64,000 nt of DNA from Monocercomonoides exilis PA203 (taxonomy: Eukaryota; Protista; Preaxostyla), in assembly GCA_001643675.2 (NCBI GenBank), contig LSRY02000003.1, forward strand, positions 1,674,001-1,738,000, given 5' to 3'. The notes under the pieces are model-generated. The model ran no database searches and was not told the origin of the DNA. It saw only the letters and a list, made by a program, of their open reading frames with translations. This document shows positions 25,285 to 39,464 of this stretch, one piece after another. A program made the translations under genes and the position numbers. The stretch's first letter is position 1. Each line of letters begins with the position of its first letter.

Positions 25285-25920
25285 TTTCGCTTCTTCATCG
25301 ATGCAAATAAAGCTCATGAAAAGCAGATATTATCGTTTTCCTTTCCTCAAAAAGTGTTTTTTCAATCATTTTTGATAATTTTTCAAATATATCCATTTCT
25401 TTTGTTTTGCCCGCTTCATCTAATCCTTCACAAATTTGTGCTCGTATCTCATTGAATTATTCTTCAGATATGTTTTTCTTTCAAATTTTATTCTTCTCCT
25501 CATTTCATCTTCGATGGCGCGTTGAAGACTCAAAGAATTGTTAACTTCGTCGAAGGTCGTCAATGAAACCATTCATTCCAAATAATCTCCACCGTCCTGT
25601 TCTTCTCTTTCCTTTTTATCTGTGCTTCCTTTAATATTTATACGAAAAGTCAGAATCAACCTCATTTTTTTGTTGCATGCCTGCTGATCGACATTTCTTT
25701 GCTCAAAATAATATCTCTTCCATTCTTGCACAGACTCAGCTGCTGCTCATGACAAATTGAAAATAAGTGTTGTGCTCCTGAGTAGTCACGAGAGATAGGG
25801 TCTATCATTGAATCTGATGGATTTGCATGGGAAGAAAGCAACAATATTTTTGATATCCATTGAAGTGAGTGAAGAAGACGAAGATGAAAGACATCACAAA
25901 GAACAGAAATGTGATTTGTG
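25065..25920. repeat. Degenerate segment shared downstream of C/C' and F (~40765-41560); likely a decayed opposite-strand gene
   Basis: 25645 AAAAGTCAGAATCAACCTCATTTTTTTGTTGCATGCCTG vs 41308 AAAAGTCAGAGGCAATCTCTATTTTTTGCTGCATGCCTG. 25549 GTCGAAGGTC vs 41217 GTCGAAGGTC. Confidence 0.65.
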
Positions 25921-28900
25921 AGGTGGAATCCTTGCGATGATGTTGCAGAAGTTTGACAAAAATGAGGAGGAAAAGGAAGCAGAAAACGAAGGAATGGGGG
26001 AAGTGGAATAACCCTTGCCATCACTTATTATTAGCATGTGATTGTCACACGAAGCTTAAGTTGTGCAAACACCTTTCGATGCCAATGTAGTTTGAGGCAA
26101 AAAGCGTTGATAAATATCAATGCTTCAGAAGAGGGAAGGGGAGAGAGCAACACAAGATTGAGCGTTTTCTGGAAAAGAAAAGTGAAAAGCAATGAGACAA
26201 AACGAAAAAAAACCTGTGAAGATGAAAAGAACAGCATGCGGCAACAAGTAGTAAATATCTGACACACTTTGGAGCACGCCCAGTTGATATGAAGAAGAAC
26301 AAGAAAAGGACGATAGCAGCAATGAACCACCTGTTTGATACCGCCGCATTTTTCTTTTCAATCAAATCCAAACTGGCATTTTTTTCTTTTCTTTTCTTTC
26401 TTTGTTTGTTTTTGATCACTTTGGTGCTGTTTTTCGTTTGCTTGAAATATCTCTTCTACTCATTTCTCATTTTTTGTTGCCACCACGCTTGCATTCATTT
26501 CGCTTCATCGTATTTTGCTCTGTTGCTTTCTGCTCATTTAGAATCAATCTCAAGTCTTCCACTTTTCGGAAGTTTTCTTCATCTTTTCCATTTTTCTTTC
26601 TCATTTGCATCACAAAGTTAGCCAACATTTCCATTTTCTTCTTTGCTTTCTCTTATGATGCCCTGTCATTCGTCTCTTTTTGCAATTCTCCCTTTTTCAT
26701 TTTCATGTCTATTTGCTGCAATGAATCATTTCTCTGTTGGAATACTCTGCCATGCTTTGTAAATCGTGGTTGCCTCGAAGGCGGATTTTACCCCTTCAAA
26801 CTTGCTTCCTGTTCCGTTGTTTCGCTCTGCAAAAATAGGTCCTTTTGTTTTTGTCAGACAACTGCGTTTGCAAGCCCTGTTGCTTTATTGGATTTACAGC
26901 TGAGGCAAACAAGTCGAAGAACAAATGAATGAAATAAGCAGTCAATTTAGCAGATACTGCTGTTTGCTGTCTTTGTTTGGTACAGGCAAACACAAAACAT
27001 TCCCTTGCCTTGCTCATTGTCTTAATCAAATTCATCACCTTTTTAATCACTTGTTTTGCTCTTCGCAAATAGCAGTTCCCTTCTTTCATTTTCTCTAACT
27101 TATTCTCCTTTTGTTATCATTGCTCCCTCTATTTTTCTTTGCAGTTATCAATTGGCCTTTATCCCTTTTCAATATTCGTTTCAGATTGGCTTGACTGTTT
27201 TAGCATTTCATTTATCTCGCACAACTCTTGAATTTCTTCTTTTCCACATTTCTCTTTTTTTTCTTTTTCTTTTTCTTTTTCTCTTTGCTCAATCCAGCTT
27301 GAAAATATATGATCCCAAAACGAAGAATATTCATCTGGATCATCGTACAAAAATAACCTTCAACATAAAATGTATCATTTTCGTATGTTCAAATGGATAT
27401 TTTTCGTTCCTCTCTTTTATTTCGTATTCTCCAATATTCTGAATAATTACCATTCATAAAGACTTTCCATCCTCAAATTTTTCTTCTGGGCCCATTTTAA
27501 TGCGATCTTAGCAACAATTACAGGATATCATTGTCTTTCGTCTATTGCTGTACAGGTGCAGTGCTTTGCGCTGACGCATCATTCATTCTGCAGAAAAATA
27601 GTTTCCATTCATGTGCAACAAAGCATGAAAAATAACTCACAAGCACATATGTTAATGTTTCATTTAGCTTTAAAATGAGTTGTTTCGACATAACCAACGA
27701 AATAGACCCCATTCCGAACAGCCACCGGAAATACAATACAAAAGTATTTTGATGATCATAATCCATTTTTCTTCATAACGAATGTTCCATTGATTCTGAA
27801 AACAATATTTGCTTTTCATTTGTTGCAGATAATTATTAACAAATCTTGCGACGAATAGCTCCAGAGCTTTGCTCGATAATGATGCATTTATAACCATAAT
27901 CAAATACAAAATACTTAATTGAATTTTTATGCGAGTTTTGAGTCGTTTTACGCGCATAATATGATTTTCTCTGTTTATCTGGAAATGCATAATTTGAATC
28001 AATATTTTTCGTGAAAGCTGATGCGCTGAACCTTGAAACGAATCGGGCATTGCGCGGAATGATTTAAATCAGCTGGCTGATGCTTCAGACCAGACAGCAG
28101 CATTGAATTGCGATAGAATTGAATGAACAAAATTGTATTGTGTGAGGCAAGTGTGCGGAAGTAGTGTGTAAAAGGAAAACTTTTAAGAAGTTCAGATGGG
28201 CAAGTTTTGTCCGAAACGAGCTGTCTCTGAACGAAAATATGAACTGCTAGCAAACAGGTTCCTTTTGCAAGAGCATAAATCATTACATGCGGGGAAGACG
28301 CCCTGTTTTTGTGGCATGAGTTTCAATTTGTTTGAGCGGTTAATTTGATAGTTTTTGTGTGAGAACGCAGATCCGGATGCTGATTTGTCGCAACAAGGAG
28401 ATCATTACATTTTACAACTGCATTACTCGTGCAATGAATGAATTCTATGAGAACATTTTCACTTTTGGGCTTGAGAAGAAGCTTTTATGCTTGAAATTCT
28501 TCTGTCTCATTGAATGTGCTGTCTTTGTCTTCTTTCCTCTGTCATGGCGTCACTGATGCTATTTGTATCGCCGGCAAGGGGATTGGCTTTGGAGATATAT
28601 TGCTCCACTTTTTTCTCTAACATGGGTGCAAAGCAAAGCGGGCCATCCTCGAATCAGGTTTACCTTTGCGTTCTTGTGAAGAATTAATTTGTGCACTCGG
28701 CAATGAGATAGCCGTGTATGACGATGCAATGTATAGTTCGATTACTGCTGTAAAATCATTATTGAAAAAATTTCCCTCTAAGAATTGATTCGTTTTTGTG
28801 ATTGGTGAACAAGCAGCGCGCAAAGGAAATGATTGAAAGAGTTGTTCTGGATCGATTTAACCTCGGGGGGATGAGCCCTTGGGGCATGCGAATTTGAGAG

Positions 28901-30656
28901 GCATAAGGGCGATGCATCTGGACGATGGGATCACTGCCAAGGCGCAAGTGGATGATGCCATTAGACCTGCCGCAAAAGAGTTCGAAATTGAGGGCTGTGC
29001 CTGCAATGTTGGATCAGGGAGATTCTGTCATTGGAACCGGCGGGGTGCAGCTGCAGCGGTTGCTGAAAGCGCTTCGTTGGAAGGGAGTGTTGTGGCGATG
29101 AAAGCGACCGCAATAGAGCGGGTGCTTGGAGCTGCTGATGCTGTTGGAGCACAAGTGCCAGCAGCAAAGCGATTGTCGCAGGGTAATTTCAGTTCGAATG
29201 TGAATGCTCTGCTTTTGTTAGGACACGGCAAGGGATGTGCTGGGAAGGCAAGTCTGGCAGCAGGAGAATCACTTGCTCCGCATGCATGGCGATTCTGCAC
29301 GAATTTGCGAGGGCTTTTATTTTGCTGTTGAAGAAGAAAATACGAGGAAAGAGGGGCAGCATGGATTGAGAGGCCAAACAAGCAAGCAAACAAAATGGGG
29401 AAGGAGGGGCAGATGAGCGAGAAAAGCAACTTTTTGGAGTGTGCGATGGGAAGAAGCGGAGAAATGCAACAATTTCTTTTCTTTTCTTTTTTTATTTTTG
29501 GATGGCGATCAGCGAATGTTTGAGGCTGGATGGGACGTTTCAGGCAGGAAGGCTAATTTTGTTGGGGCGATTTTGCTTGTCATTGGAGAAGCGATGCATT
29601 TTGAGTGCAATCTGGAGAGAGTTTGGTTTTGTTCTGTGCTATGTTTTCTGGAGCTTGTTTTGCTGCTTTTGGCCAGTCGGCCTCGATTGAGTGAGATTTG
29701 CTGATTGTGGCTGAGGCAGGCTTTGGTGATAGCATCAAAAATCTTCTTGCTGAAGGGGAAATGCCTCAAAAAATGGGGAAGACGCTGCTGCTGAGAGGAA
29801 GCGATGGGCAGCCGGGGAGAAGCGCCTGAAGCAGCAGGAGATGCGAATTAATTGCAGGATTCAGACGAGTTTTGGATTGGGCGCGAGTCTTCAGCGCAGG
29901 AGCTGCAGGAGATGATGGAACAAGCATTTTTTGAGGAGAGCTGCTCGGAATTGGAACGCGAAGCGATTGATATTATTTTCTTGTGAACATTTGAATTGTC
30001 TGAATGTGATTGGAGCAGCAGGTTGGCTGGGTGCAGTTTTTTTTTTGTGGGAGAGGAGCAGGCTGTTTCTGAACGCTGGGAATGAGGAAGACAATCTGCT
30101 TGTGGCTGGGTGAATGTGTTGACAGACTCAGGAGAGGAAAGGAGAGGAGGGACAATTTGTTGTGCTGTTTGGTGTCTTGTTGCTGTCGACTGCTGGTTGT
30201 GGGATTTCAGATGAGGCAACTGAAGCTGCTCGACATGCTGTGGCAGTCACACACACACACACAGAGCAGGATTGAATGTGATAGAATGAGATTGAATATG
30301 ATTTGGCATATTCGACTTTTTCATATTTTCATTATCATGATCATCATCATTTTCTTCCTTTTCTTCTTCGCCTTCTTCCACATTAACAGACTTTCCAAAC
30401 TGTGCAGCATCTTCTTCAACGGAATCAACGATTGATGAGCACACGCCAATCAACTTTTTCCCAGAGTCGTTTGTTACAACTCCTTCGCATCTCAAAGAAA
30501 CTCCTTTGTTTTCTTCCACTCCATCCACACCTCCTTCAATCATCAACTGAACTACTTTTGCTTCTTCTTCTTCGTCGTCTTCGTCGTCTTCTTCGTCTTC
30601 TTCGTCTTCTTCGTCTTCTTCGTCTTCTTCGTCTTCTTCGTCTTCTTCGTCTTCTT

Positions 30657-30687
<31 letters not shown>

Positions 30688-32288
30688 ATTTTTTTCCTCT
30701 TTTTTATCTTCTTCTTCCTCCTCATCATCATCTTTTTCTTATTATTTCTTTTTCAACTCCTTCAACTATTTTTTCAACTTCATAATCTTCCTTCAATGTC
30801 TGCCTCTTTTCCTTGCTGTTTAATTCCTTCAACCATCATAGTTTTCCCATGAATTCCAAAATAAGCCAATGAGAACATTCTCATTCGGAGAAATGCAATT
30901 CAAAAGCTTCAATTTCTCAGACGGACAAATTCTGTGCAAAACATTCCTTCTTCGCCTTCTTCTCATTCTTCTTCTTCGTCTTTGTCATCTCATTCATCAC
31001 CATCAATATCAAAACAAGCAGAACAATCTTCTTCTGCATCATATTCTTCACCTTATTCAACTTCTTCCTTTTCCTCTTCATCTTCGTATTCATCTTCTTT
31101 TGATGCCTTTTGTATTTTCAGAGCCAACCAACAAACGCCATTATTTTTCTGTTTTTGAAGAGAAAGGCAATGAAACCACACAAAGTTTGCCAATGAACTG
31201 AGGATATCAATCTTCATTGGCAAATAAATGCTAATTGGCCAATATTATATGTGATTGGGGTTTTTTATCACTTCCTAAGTCAACTTATCAAATGTGACAT
31301 TTAACCAACTGACAGCATCAAACAAGTCGTTTTCATCATCTTCTTCAGAAATGTTATTTGACTGATTGTTCATCTCTCAATTATCTCTTCTTCTTCCTCA
31401 TTATTTCCTTCATCTTCTTCAAATCCTATAGTTTCTTCTTCGTCTTCGTCTTCGTCTTCGTCTTATTCGTCTTATTCGTCTTGTTCGTCTTGTTCGTCTT
31501 GTTCATCGATCTTTGACTATTTTGCCGCTCCCTCTCGCTTGACATTTTGGCAGAGCATCCTCATTCGGAAACATTTATGCATTTTCTGTCAGTAGAAATA
31601 CCGCATGAGCCAAAAATTGTTTCATTTGCATTTCCTCCTCTCAACATATCAAAAACTGTATAATTTATATTTCCATTCAAGTTATTTGTGATAAAAAGTC
31701 TATTTGGGCCAAAATCAGTCTTTTAATTCTTGTTCTGTTCTTCTTCAACGCCTTCTTCAAGGAGAAACAAAAATATTGCAATTTTTAAATTGCTCAACTT
31801 TCCTCAAATTCAAGTCCAAAACTTGCCTATACCTTTTTTCAGAAAGCCAAGATTAATATTTATTCTAAGATGGAAGGTAAGCCGAAATTAAATAAGAATA
31901 GATATGATTTCGAATCAAGAAAAGCAGAGCAGCAGACTTGCAATCGAAAAAGGAGGACGATTTTGCCTTTTTTTATTTGGAAGCTGAAAGAGGCGCAGAT
32001 TAAAAAGAAAGAGTATTAGAGCAATTCTTTTATGAAATGAATGAGCTCAAAAATAGCGTTCGGCAGGTTGCACAACGTCACACGCCTTCAATATGTCGGA
32101 GAAGATGAAACGATGAGGGAAACATATTTATTTGAAAAGGCAAATTTAATGGATAATTCTATGAAAGAAGAGAATAAATGCCCGACAAGCAATGTTGATT
32201 TCATCAAATGCACATATAAGATATTTTCTTCTATTTTGTGTGCCATCTCCCCATCTTTCTTCGACTTTGCCTTCTTTTGCACATAAAT

Positions 32289-34589
32289 TCACCGACAAGT
32301 CAGCTGATGAAATGATTTCTGCCTTATGATCTGCACCTTCTCCAGAAGACACATCGCATTGCGTGTGCTCTTGAAGGGCATCTTTGATAGCCAGCAATTC
32401 ATTGCTTTGATGCCAAGATGATCATTCGCATATTCATTGTCAGCTGTGTGCTCGTTGAGAAATATAAACAAATCGATATTCCAATCACCGAATGCTTCTG
32501 TTCTGTCATGTCCAACAGCCGAGTTGTCTTTCTGAGTGATGTTTCCCATGAAGGCGAAGGAAGACTCGTTCACAGAAGCGACAAGGGATTCACACACAAA
32601 ATACATATCTCTTCCGACACTGGCCTTGTTGGCTGAAAACACGATATTGGTGATGGAAAAGGTTGTGGATGACACTTCTGAATCATCGTTGTACTCGATC
32701 ATGAGAGCACCGCCTCTTCCTCCAGAACTTGTATCCTCGCTCACAGAGCAGGTGGAGAAATTTGTGTCACTCACAGAAAATGAGTTGGCAGGGGCAGATG
32801 AGGCGAATGAGATGCATCCGCCATTGGTGGCAGTCTGTTGGTTTTGCGGAGCTGAGTCGATGTTGGTGATGGTGCAGTTGGCGAGGGAAAGGGAGAGGGC
32901 AGGGGAGGTGGCAGAGGAGAGGGCACAGCTGGCTGGAGTGGCTGTGGAGGTGATGTGGGTGATGTTGGAGGAGTTGAGAGTGAGGGGTGTTGTGAGGGAG
33001 GTGAGGTGGAAGATGCTCTGGCTGTTGAGGGTGAGACTGGTGATTGCTGTGTGGTTGAGGGAGAGGGAGCCAGCAGTGAGGAAGAAGAGGGGAGTTTTTA
33101 TTGTTATGGAGGTTGTTCCGGTGATGGTGGTTGTGTTGAGATTGAGGGAAGGGGAGTTACCGGAGAGGTGGAAGAGGATGGGAGTGATTTGATTTGAGGA
33201 GTTGTGGGCGATGGCGAGGGCAGAGACTGTGAGGGAGCCCTGTGTCTGTTGGAAGAGGGCAGACGAGGCAGATGGATCTGGTGAAGAAGATGCAGATGAA
33301 TATGATGAATATGACGATGAAAATGAAGAAAATGATGATGTTGATTGTGATGAGTGTGAATGTGAGTTTTGTGGTTGGGGAATGCCACTGGAGGCGATGA
33401 TGGTGGCAGTTGTGCCATTTCCAGTGATTATGGTATCAACCGCGCTGAAAGTGAGTGTTTGAGTTGGAACAAATGTTGAACTGAGGAGGGTGAGGGAGGC
33501 GTCTTGGAGGAGGGAAATGAAGCCAGTGAGGGCATACTCGATGGTGGCACATGGGGTCTGTTGGGGTCTGCCACAGATATCGACATCAGTTCCATTGCTG
33601 GCAACGATTTTGTTCTGGGCAATGAGGGGGAGCCAGCCATTATACACAGCGTTATCATCTTGTCCATTATTATACACTCTTTTTGATGGGGTTGTTGAGC
33701 CACAATTCTCAAATGGAGATTGGGTGATATCACTTCCGTAAAAGAACACATCATTTCCTCTGCCATTAGTTGCAGTGTTGCCATCGAAGAAGCAGAATGT
33801 GATGAATTTAAACCCGCTCATCCAGGAATAAGTTGAATGATAATAAATAGCAGCGCCTCCATAAGAAGAAGAAGCAGTCAAGTTGTTGTTAATAAATTGA
33901 CAATCATTGATCAAAAATTGATTTGGTTTGTTGTTTGGAGGATATGCAAATGTTAGAGAACCAGCAGAATCACCACCTGAGTTTGAGATGCACTTGCATT
34001 TGGAAAACAGGAATTGGCCGTTTGATGGAAAAGCACCAATATAAAAATACCAACCAGTTCCACACCAACCAGATATTGAACAATTTTCGACTTTGTTTTC
34101 TGAATGGTAATAAGCAGAATTTTGCTGTGGATTTGTTGTATGGACTGCTCCTCCATGCAACGCAGAGCAATTTGTAAAATTGGATGTTGAAATATCAATC
34201 TTCAACGAAAGATTACAATACAACGCTCCACCATGATCATCAGTTGAACAATTATTGAATGAGCAAGAAATGATTGTGAGATTGGCATTCGTGCAAGCAA
34301 CATAAAGTGCTCCACCCCAATCGCTTCCACTATTTGAATCATTCCATTCGCACCATTCAAAGCGATGACTGTTAACATCAAAGGAATCCAGTCTTCCAGG
34401 TGTTTCTCGTTGAGATTCATTTCCAATATGAACAACAGCAGCATTTGGTGAAGAGCGTGTTTGGTGAAGAAAAGAGGTGTTGAATGCAGAGAGAGAAGTG
34501 GATGGGCTGTTGAGGTTGGGGAGAATGGCTCCATCGATGGGGTTGTGGGCATGGAGGAAGATGGATGAGTGGATGGAGAAAGAATGCAA
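32289..34589 (-). pseudogene. Copy E: leaderless cassette with the same C-terminal region as B but a different variable domain
   Basis: The protein is identical to B from ITGNGTTATII to the stop. The N-terminal domain differs (GGALYVACT, GGALYCNLS, GGAVHTTN, LTFAYPP). It starts at a TTG right after an in-frame TAA. Confidence 0.75.
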
Positions 34590-35775
34590 TTACAGATACA
34601 TTACAGAAATTTATTTGAGTTGAACAAACTTTTTCGTTCAATATTTCTAATCAGATTGAAAATGAAAAACAAAGAACATGTTTCGACAATGAGTTATTTT
34701 CTTTGAAAAGTTGCATGTGGATGAGCATGCGATGGAATATGAAAAGAAAGAGGGAGAGAGCACGAAATGTACGATGTGTTTTTCAATGTGTAAGTTATTT
34801 GAGGAAGAATTTTTTATTCGACAGAAACCTCAAATATTTTTATGTTAAATATCCATTGGAACAAATCCATGAATTATCATTAAGCATTCTCATTGCCTTT
34901 TTTCCTTACAAAGAACTCCATTGATTATAAGAACAAAACAACTTTGTTTTCTTATCTTCCAATGAATATTTTGTGCCAATGACTTTGAATATGTTTGATG
35001 ATTTCACATTTCAGAGTTTCATGTATATTTTTTTTGTTTGTTTGTTTTTCACTTTCAAAACTTTTTTCTCTGATGTTCTTTAACTTACCATTTCAAAAGA
35101 TAATCAAAAATTATATTTTAGGATAAAAAATGTAATTATTATTGAATAGTTTGTTTCTTTTTTACACAAAAATATTTTTTTGTTATCGACTCATTTTTAA
35201 TCTTTTTGAGCTATTTCTGTCACAAAGTTTTCAACACTGAAACATTCAAGAGTCAAAAATGAATTAATTGAATTTTGAACTGATTTCATTTTTTCATTTA
35301 TTTTTCTGTCACGTCAATGTGTTTTCATTCAAGTTTTTTTTAATAAAAAGTCATTCCATTGTAAAATTGTATTTTTTTATTTTCGTTGAGTCTCTCTGTT
35401 TTCTTGTGTTTTCTGATTGAAAAACATCCAGATGTTATAAATTTTTCAACCTGGCCAAAAACTCATGGAAGATTTATTATTGATCATCAAGATACCAAAA
35501 CTATCAAATCCAGAAAAAATCGTAAATAAAAACATTTCAGTGAATGGAATTCAAAAACATGAAGAAATCTATTTCTGTATTCAACAATATTATTGTACTG
35601 TTCACAACTAATTTTGTATCTTCTTATTGACTTTTTTTATATTTCAATATCATTTGTTCAAATGATTCATAAAAACTTTTTTTTAACTTTGTTCATTGAA
35701 ACTCGTTGAATTAAAAATTCAATCGAGTGTATTATTCAATCTATGAAGTTTGTTATAAATCACAGTTCCCTTCTG

Positions 35776-35812
<37 letters not shown>

Positions 35813-38709
35813 CATGCAAACATTATTCAAAATATTTTCTTTATGACTTTTTTCAATATTCTTTATTTGCAATAGAATGTGGGTGCTAATTCAAACTTTC
35901 AAGCTTTTTTTGCTCAAAGCACAATAAAATTGTTTCACTCATAACTTTATTATTTCGTTTGAGATTTTATATTAAATCAGATTTTCATAGTTGCAAAAAA
36001 TGTATTATCATATAATTACATAATGTTTTGTGACATATCACGCACTTTAATAATTGAAATCAATTTGTCGTATTTTTTAACCTCAAATATTTCTACCACC
36101 GTTCATTATTTTTTCAACAAAAAAGCATGAAGTTGCATGTTTGCACACAAAATGCCCAAACAGTTGTATTTTTCTTGGAAAAGCAACTATTGTTCTTTTT
36201 TCAATTGTTCATGCAATTGTGAAAAGCTTCAATTTGTGCAATCCTGTTGCTTTTTTTTGGATATATTAAATTTTATTCCGTCAAAAAAGTGGTATTATAT
36301 ATTCTGAAGTTCTGTTTAATTGTTTCATCATTGACAAAAATTAAATCTTGTAATTCTTTTGATTTGATTTGCATAATTCATTCTTCAGACACTGTTTTTG
36401 AAAATTTTCGTTCAACCGACAAAAAGTGGAGTCAGAAGTCAGCTCGTCACCAAGGGATAAGAAACGTGGGGTTTTCTTATAAGTCAATTAAAAAAAAAGA
36501 TGAGTTTCTGTTAAAGATTTGTTATTTTTGAAAAATGAATGAAAATAACATTTAAAGGGGAAAACAATTTCGAACAGACAAAAACAAACCTTTGCAAATT
36601 TTGTTTTATATATAACAAATTGTTGGAATCAGATGAAAAAAATCTCTTTTCCAAAGAAATATCTCATATTTTTAAATTGTTATTTATTTTTTTCATCCAA
36701 AATATTCCTCGATTGAGATGAAAAAAACTGTTAAATTTTTTTTCGTTTCTAATTTGTAATTATTCATGAAATAATCCAAATTTTCCTTCAAAAAAATTGT
36801 TCCTCTGTAACATGACAATTTCTAAAAACATTTGTCTGTCACAAAAAAAGAATTTTTTTTTCCAATTGTTTAGAAAAATTAAAATTAAATAATGCAAATG
36901 TTCGTGAAATCTATTGAAAAGCTTTGAAAAGAGCTTTGGGAAAAATCTGTTGATAAAAATTGAAATATCTGTCTTTTTCTCTTTTGTCAGTGACTGTCAG
37001 TGACTATCAATGACAAATTGTGACAAAAAATTCCTCAACTGACATTTCGTGTCGAAAAAAATAAATATTGGGAACTTGATCATATAAATTAAAATTCGAC
37101 TTTATCAGAATAAAAAGAATTGTTGTATTTCGATTATCATATTATTTTTTATTGTTATTAAGAATCGTTCAATCGTTAAAAATAACACTTTTTGACAAAT
37201 CATAAATATCGTGTCAGTCATTTTGTCATTGTTTCAATTTTCTTTTGCCATGTCACAGAGGTATAAAGAAATACAAAAATGATGGGTCCAAAAAATACAC
37301 ACTTTATTTGAAGAGTTTGTAATTGTTATGAAAAAGTTTAACATCAATAATTTTTGAAAATAACAGTGCACAAAAAATAATTCAAAATCGGAAAACTTTC
37401 AAACAGAATCGAAGGACTATTAAGCAAAGTCGAAACGAAGAAAAACTTCATTTTTATTTTAAAGTTGACAAAAATCACTAAAAGTTAAAATAAATTTTGT
37501 TGCGGATATATAATGATATGTGTTATTCCAATCATATTTCATCTTTTTTTCGATATTTTTTAAACTTAATTTTGAACAATTGCGAAATAGGAATGAAAAA
37601 CAAATTAAAAAGAATTATTATCTCATCTCAATCGAAGAACACTAATTCTCAGAAAATTAAAAAATAAAATTTGACCTTTTTTCTTATTTTTGAAGAATGA
37701 ATATTGCATTATTGACTTTCTTCTTTTAAACATCAAAAATGCAAAATTTTCATTTCTATTTTAATAAGATCAAATTTTTCTTTTTCTTTTCTTTTTCTTT
37801 TCTTTTTCTTTTCTTTTCTTTTCGAGTGTATTATTGAGTTTATTTTGGTTTGTGATATATAACATTCGCAGAAAACAACTGCACGAACATGGAGCAAAAC
37901 TTTTGCAATTATGAAAAAATCTGAGAATTGTTCCAAACTTTTTCAACAATCATTTCATTATAAATCAACCGAAACAATGCAAATAATTACTGAATTGTTT
38001 CGGTAATTATTTGCAATATTTGTTAGAGAAGAATGGAACAAAATTCAAATAACAAAAAATTTTGCCTTACATATCGGAAATTGTTTGCAATGATAATGGA
38101 AAAATATTTATCTTTCCCAACATTTTCTTAATTGAACATTTTCTTTTTCAATAGAAAATTTTCAACTTCGATTGAATCTTTTACGGCTAAGAATTATTTT
38201 TGGTGTTCATCTTTTATTTTAAAAAGAATTATCAATCCAAATGATTGAAAGTTTATTATAATCCACATTTCGTTAAATATTCTGATTTTAAAAAAATATC
38301 ACATAAATTTTTTTAAACAAAAAGCAAAAAAAACAGAGTGTTTGAACAAATAGTGATATGTGATGAGAATGTTCCATTTTTTATCAAGAATTCAAAGAGA
38401 AACATTTATATTCCATATTCAACATTTGTGAGTTTTCGGGAAAAAAAAATATGTGTGGACAAATAATTATTGTTGAATGCAAATTGAAAAATGAATCACA
38501 ATATGAAAATTGAGAAAAGAAAAAGACAAAATAATTGACTTATATGCATCAAAGAATAAAAATTTGGTTTTCTCATTTCATAAAAATGAGTCATTCATGT
38601 GTTCTTCAAAGACTTTTCCAAAAAAAAAAAAAAAAAGGAAAGTCAGAAAGAAAGAAAGAAAGAAAAAGAAAGAAAGAAATATTCAGGTTAAAAACAATCA
38701 AATAACTAA

Positions 38710-38928
38710 AGAATGTGGCTGATCCTTTTAGAAATCACACATTCGTTCGAGTTATGAACAAAATATTTATCTAATTTGATTTTGAAAAAATGAACTTTAA
38801 CTGTTTTCACATGTTGTTCATGATGTTGTTATTGCAGAAACAAATTTTTTTCAAAATTCCCATTGAGATGAAAAATTTGATCAAAACTCGAACAAAAGAA
38901 TGATATCAAAAAGGATCAGCCATGTTCT
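38710..38928. repeat. Degenerate inverted repeat (~80-bp arms), fold-back/MITE relic
   Basis: AGAATGTGGCTGATCCTTTTAGAAATCA...GTTCGAGTT vs AACTCGAAC...TGATATCAAAAAGGATCAGCCATGTTCT. Confidence 0.7.
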
Positions 38929-39464
38929 GTTTTGTTTGAAATATGAATTTTTGAAAAATAAAAATATTCTATCAAATGAAAAGTGAATCAGATTTATAAT
39001 ATTTTTTAAAAGAAAATTCTGAGTATAAACAAAATTTTTTTTCACTAAAAAATGAAATCTTTAAAGGAAGTTTCTTTCTCAAAATATAAAAAAAAATTAA
39101 ATAACATATATATATATATAATTCACAAAAAAATAAAATGCTTTGTTTTTAAAAGACAAGCGTTTCAAAAGCATATTTTTCAAAAAAAACATGGTCTTGC
39201 TGTTTTTCAAATGCATAAATGGAAAATAAAAAAACAATGTGTTGAAACAACATTATAATATTGAAATGAGAATTGATAGATTATTTGGAATTATTTTTTA
39301 TGCTTTTATTGAATAAAATACAACCAGATAAAATGTGAAAGTTATTAAAAAAACGCTTTTTCCATGTTCCTAAAAATCTTCATTGTTCAAAGCATAAACA
39401 TAAAAGTTGTTTCAATGAAACGCATCACATTCCTAACTTCTTTTCATTTATTCGACTTCTTTCT

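Larger units (their letters stand above)
7791..33429. repeat. Giant palindrome: ~12.8-kb arms (~7791-20574 and ~20645-33429) with a 70-bp spacer (20575-20644)
   Basis: Dozens of ORFs are mirrored with coordinate sums of 41219-41222 (8931+32289, 17833+23389, 13779+27442). 20521-20574 is the reverse complement of 20645-20698 with 2 mismatches. The internal differences I found are mostly 1-bp homopolymer indels. Confidence 0.95.

Noticed and set aside
34650-39400. Genes or structured RNAs in the very AT-rich intervals (also 19100-22100 and 46400-49900)
   Set aside because: Only short low-complexity ORFs and homopolymer runs. No tRNA/rRNA signatures were seen.
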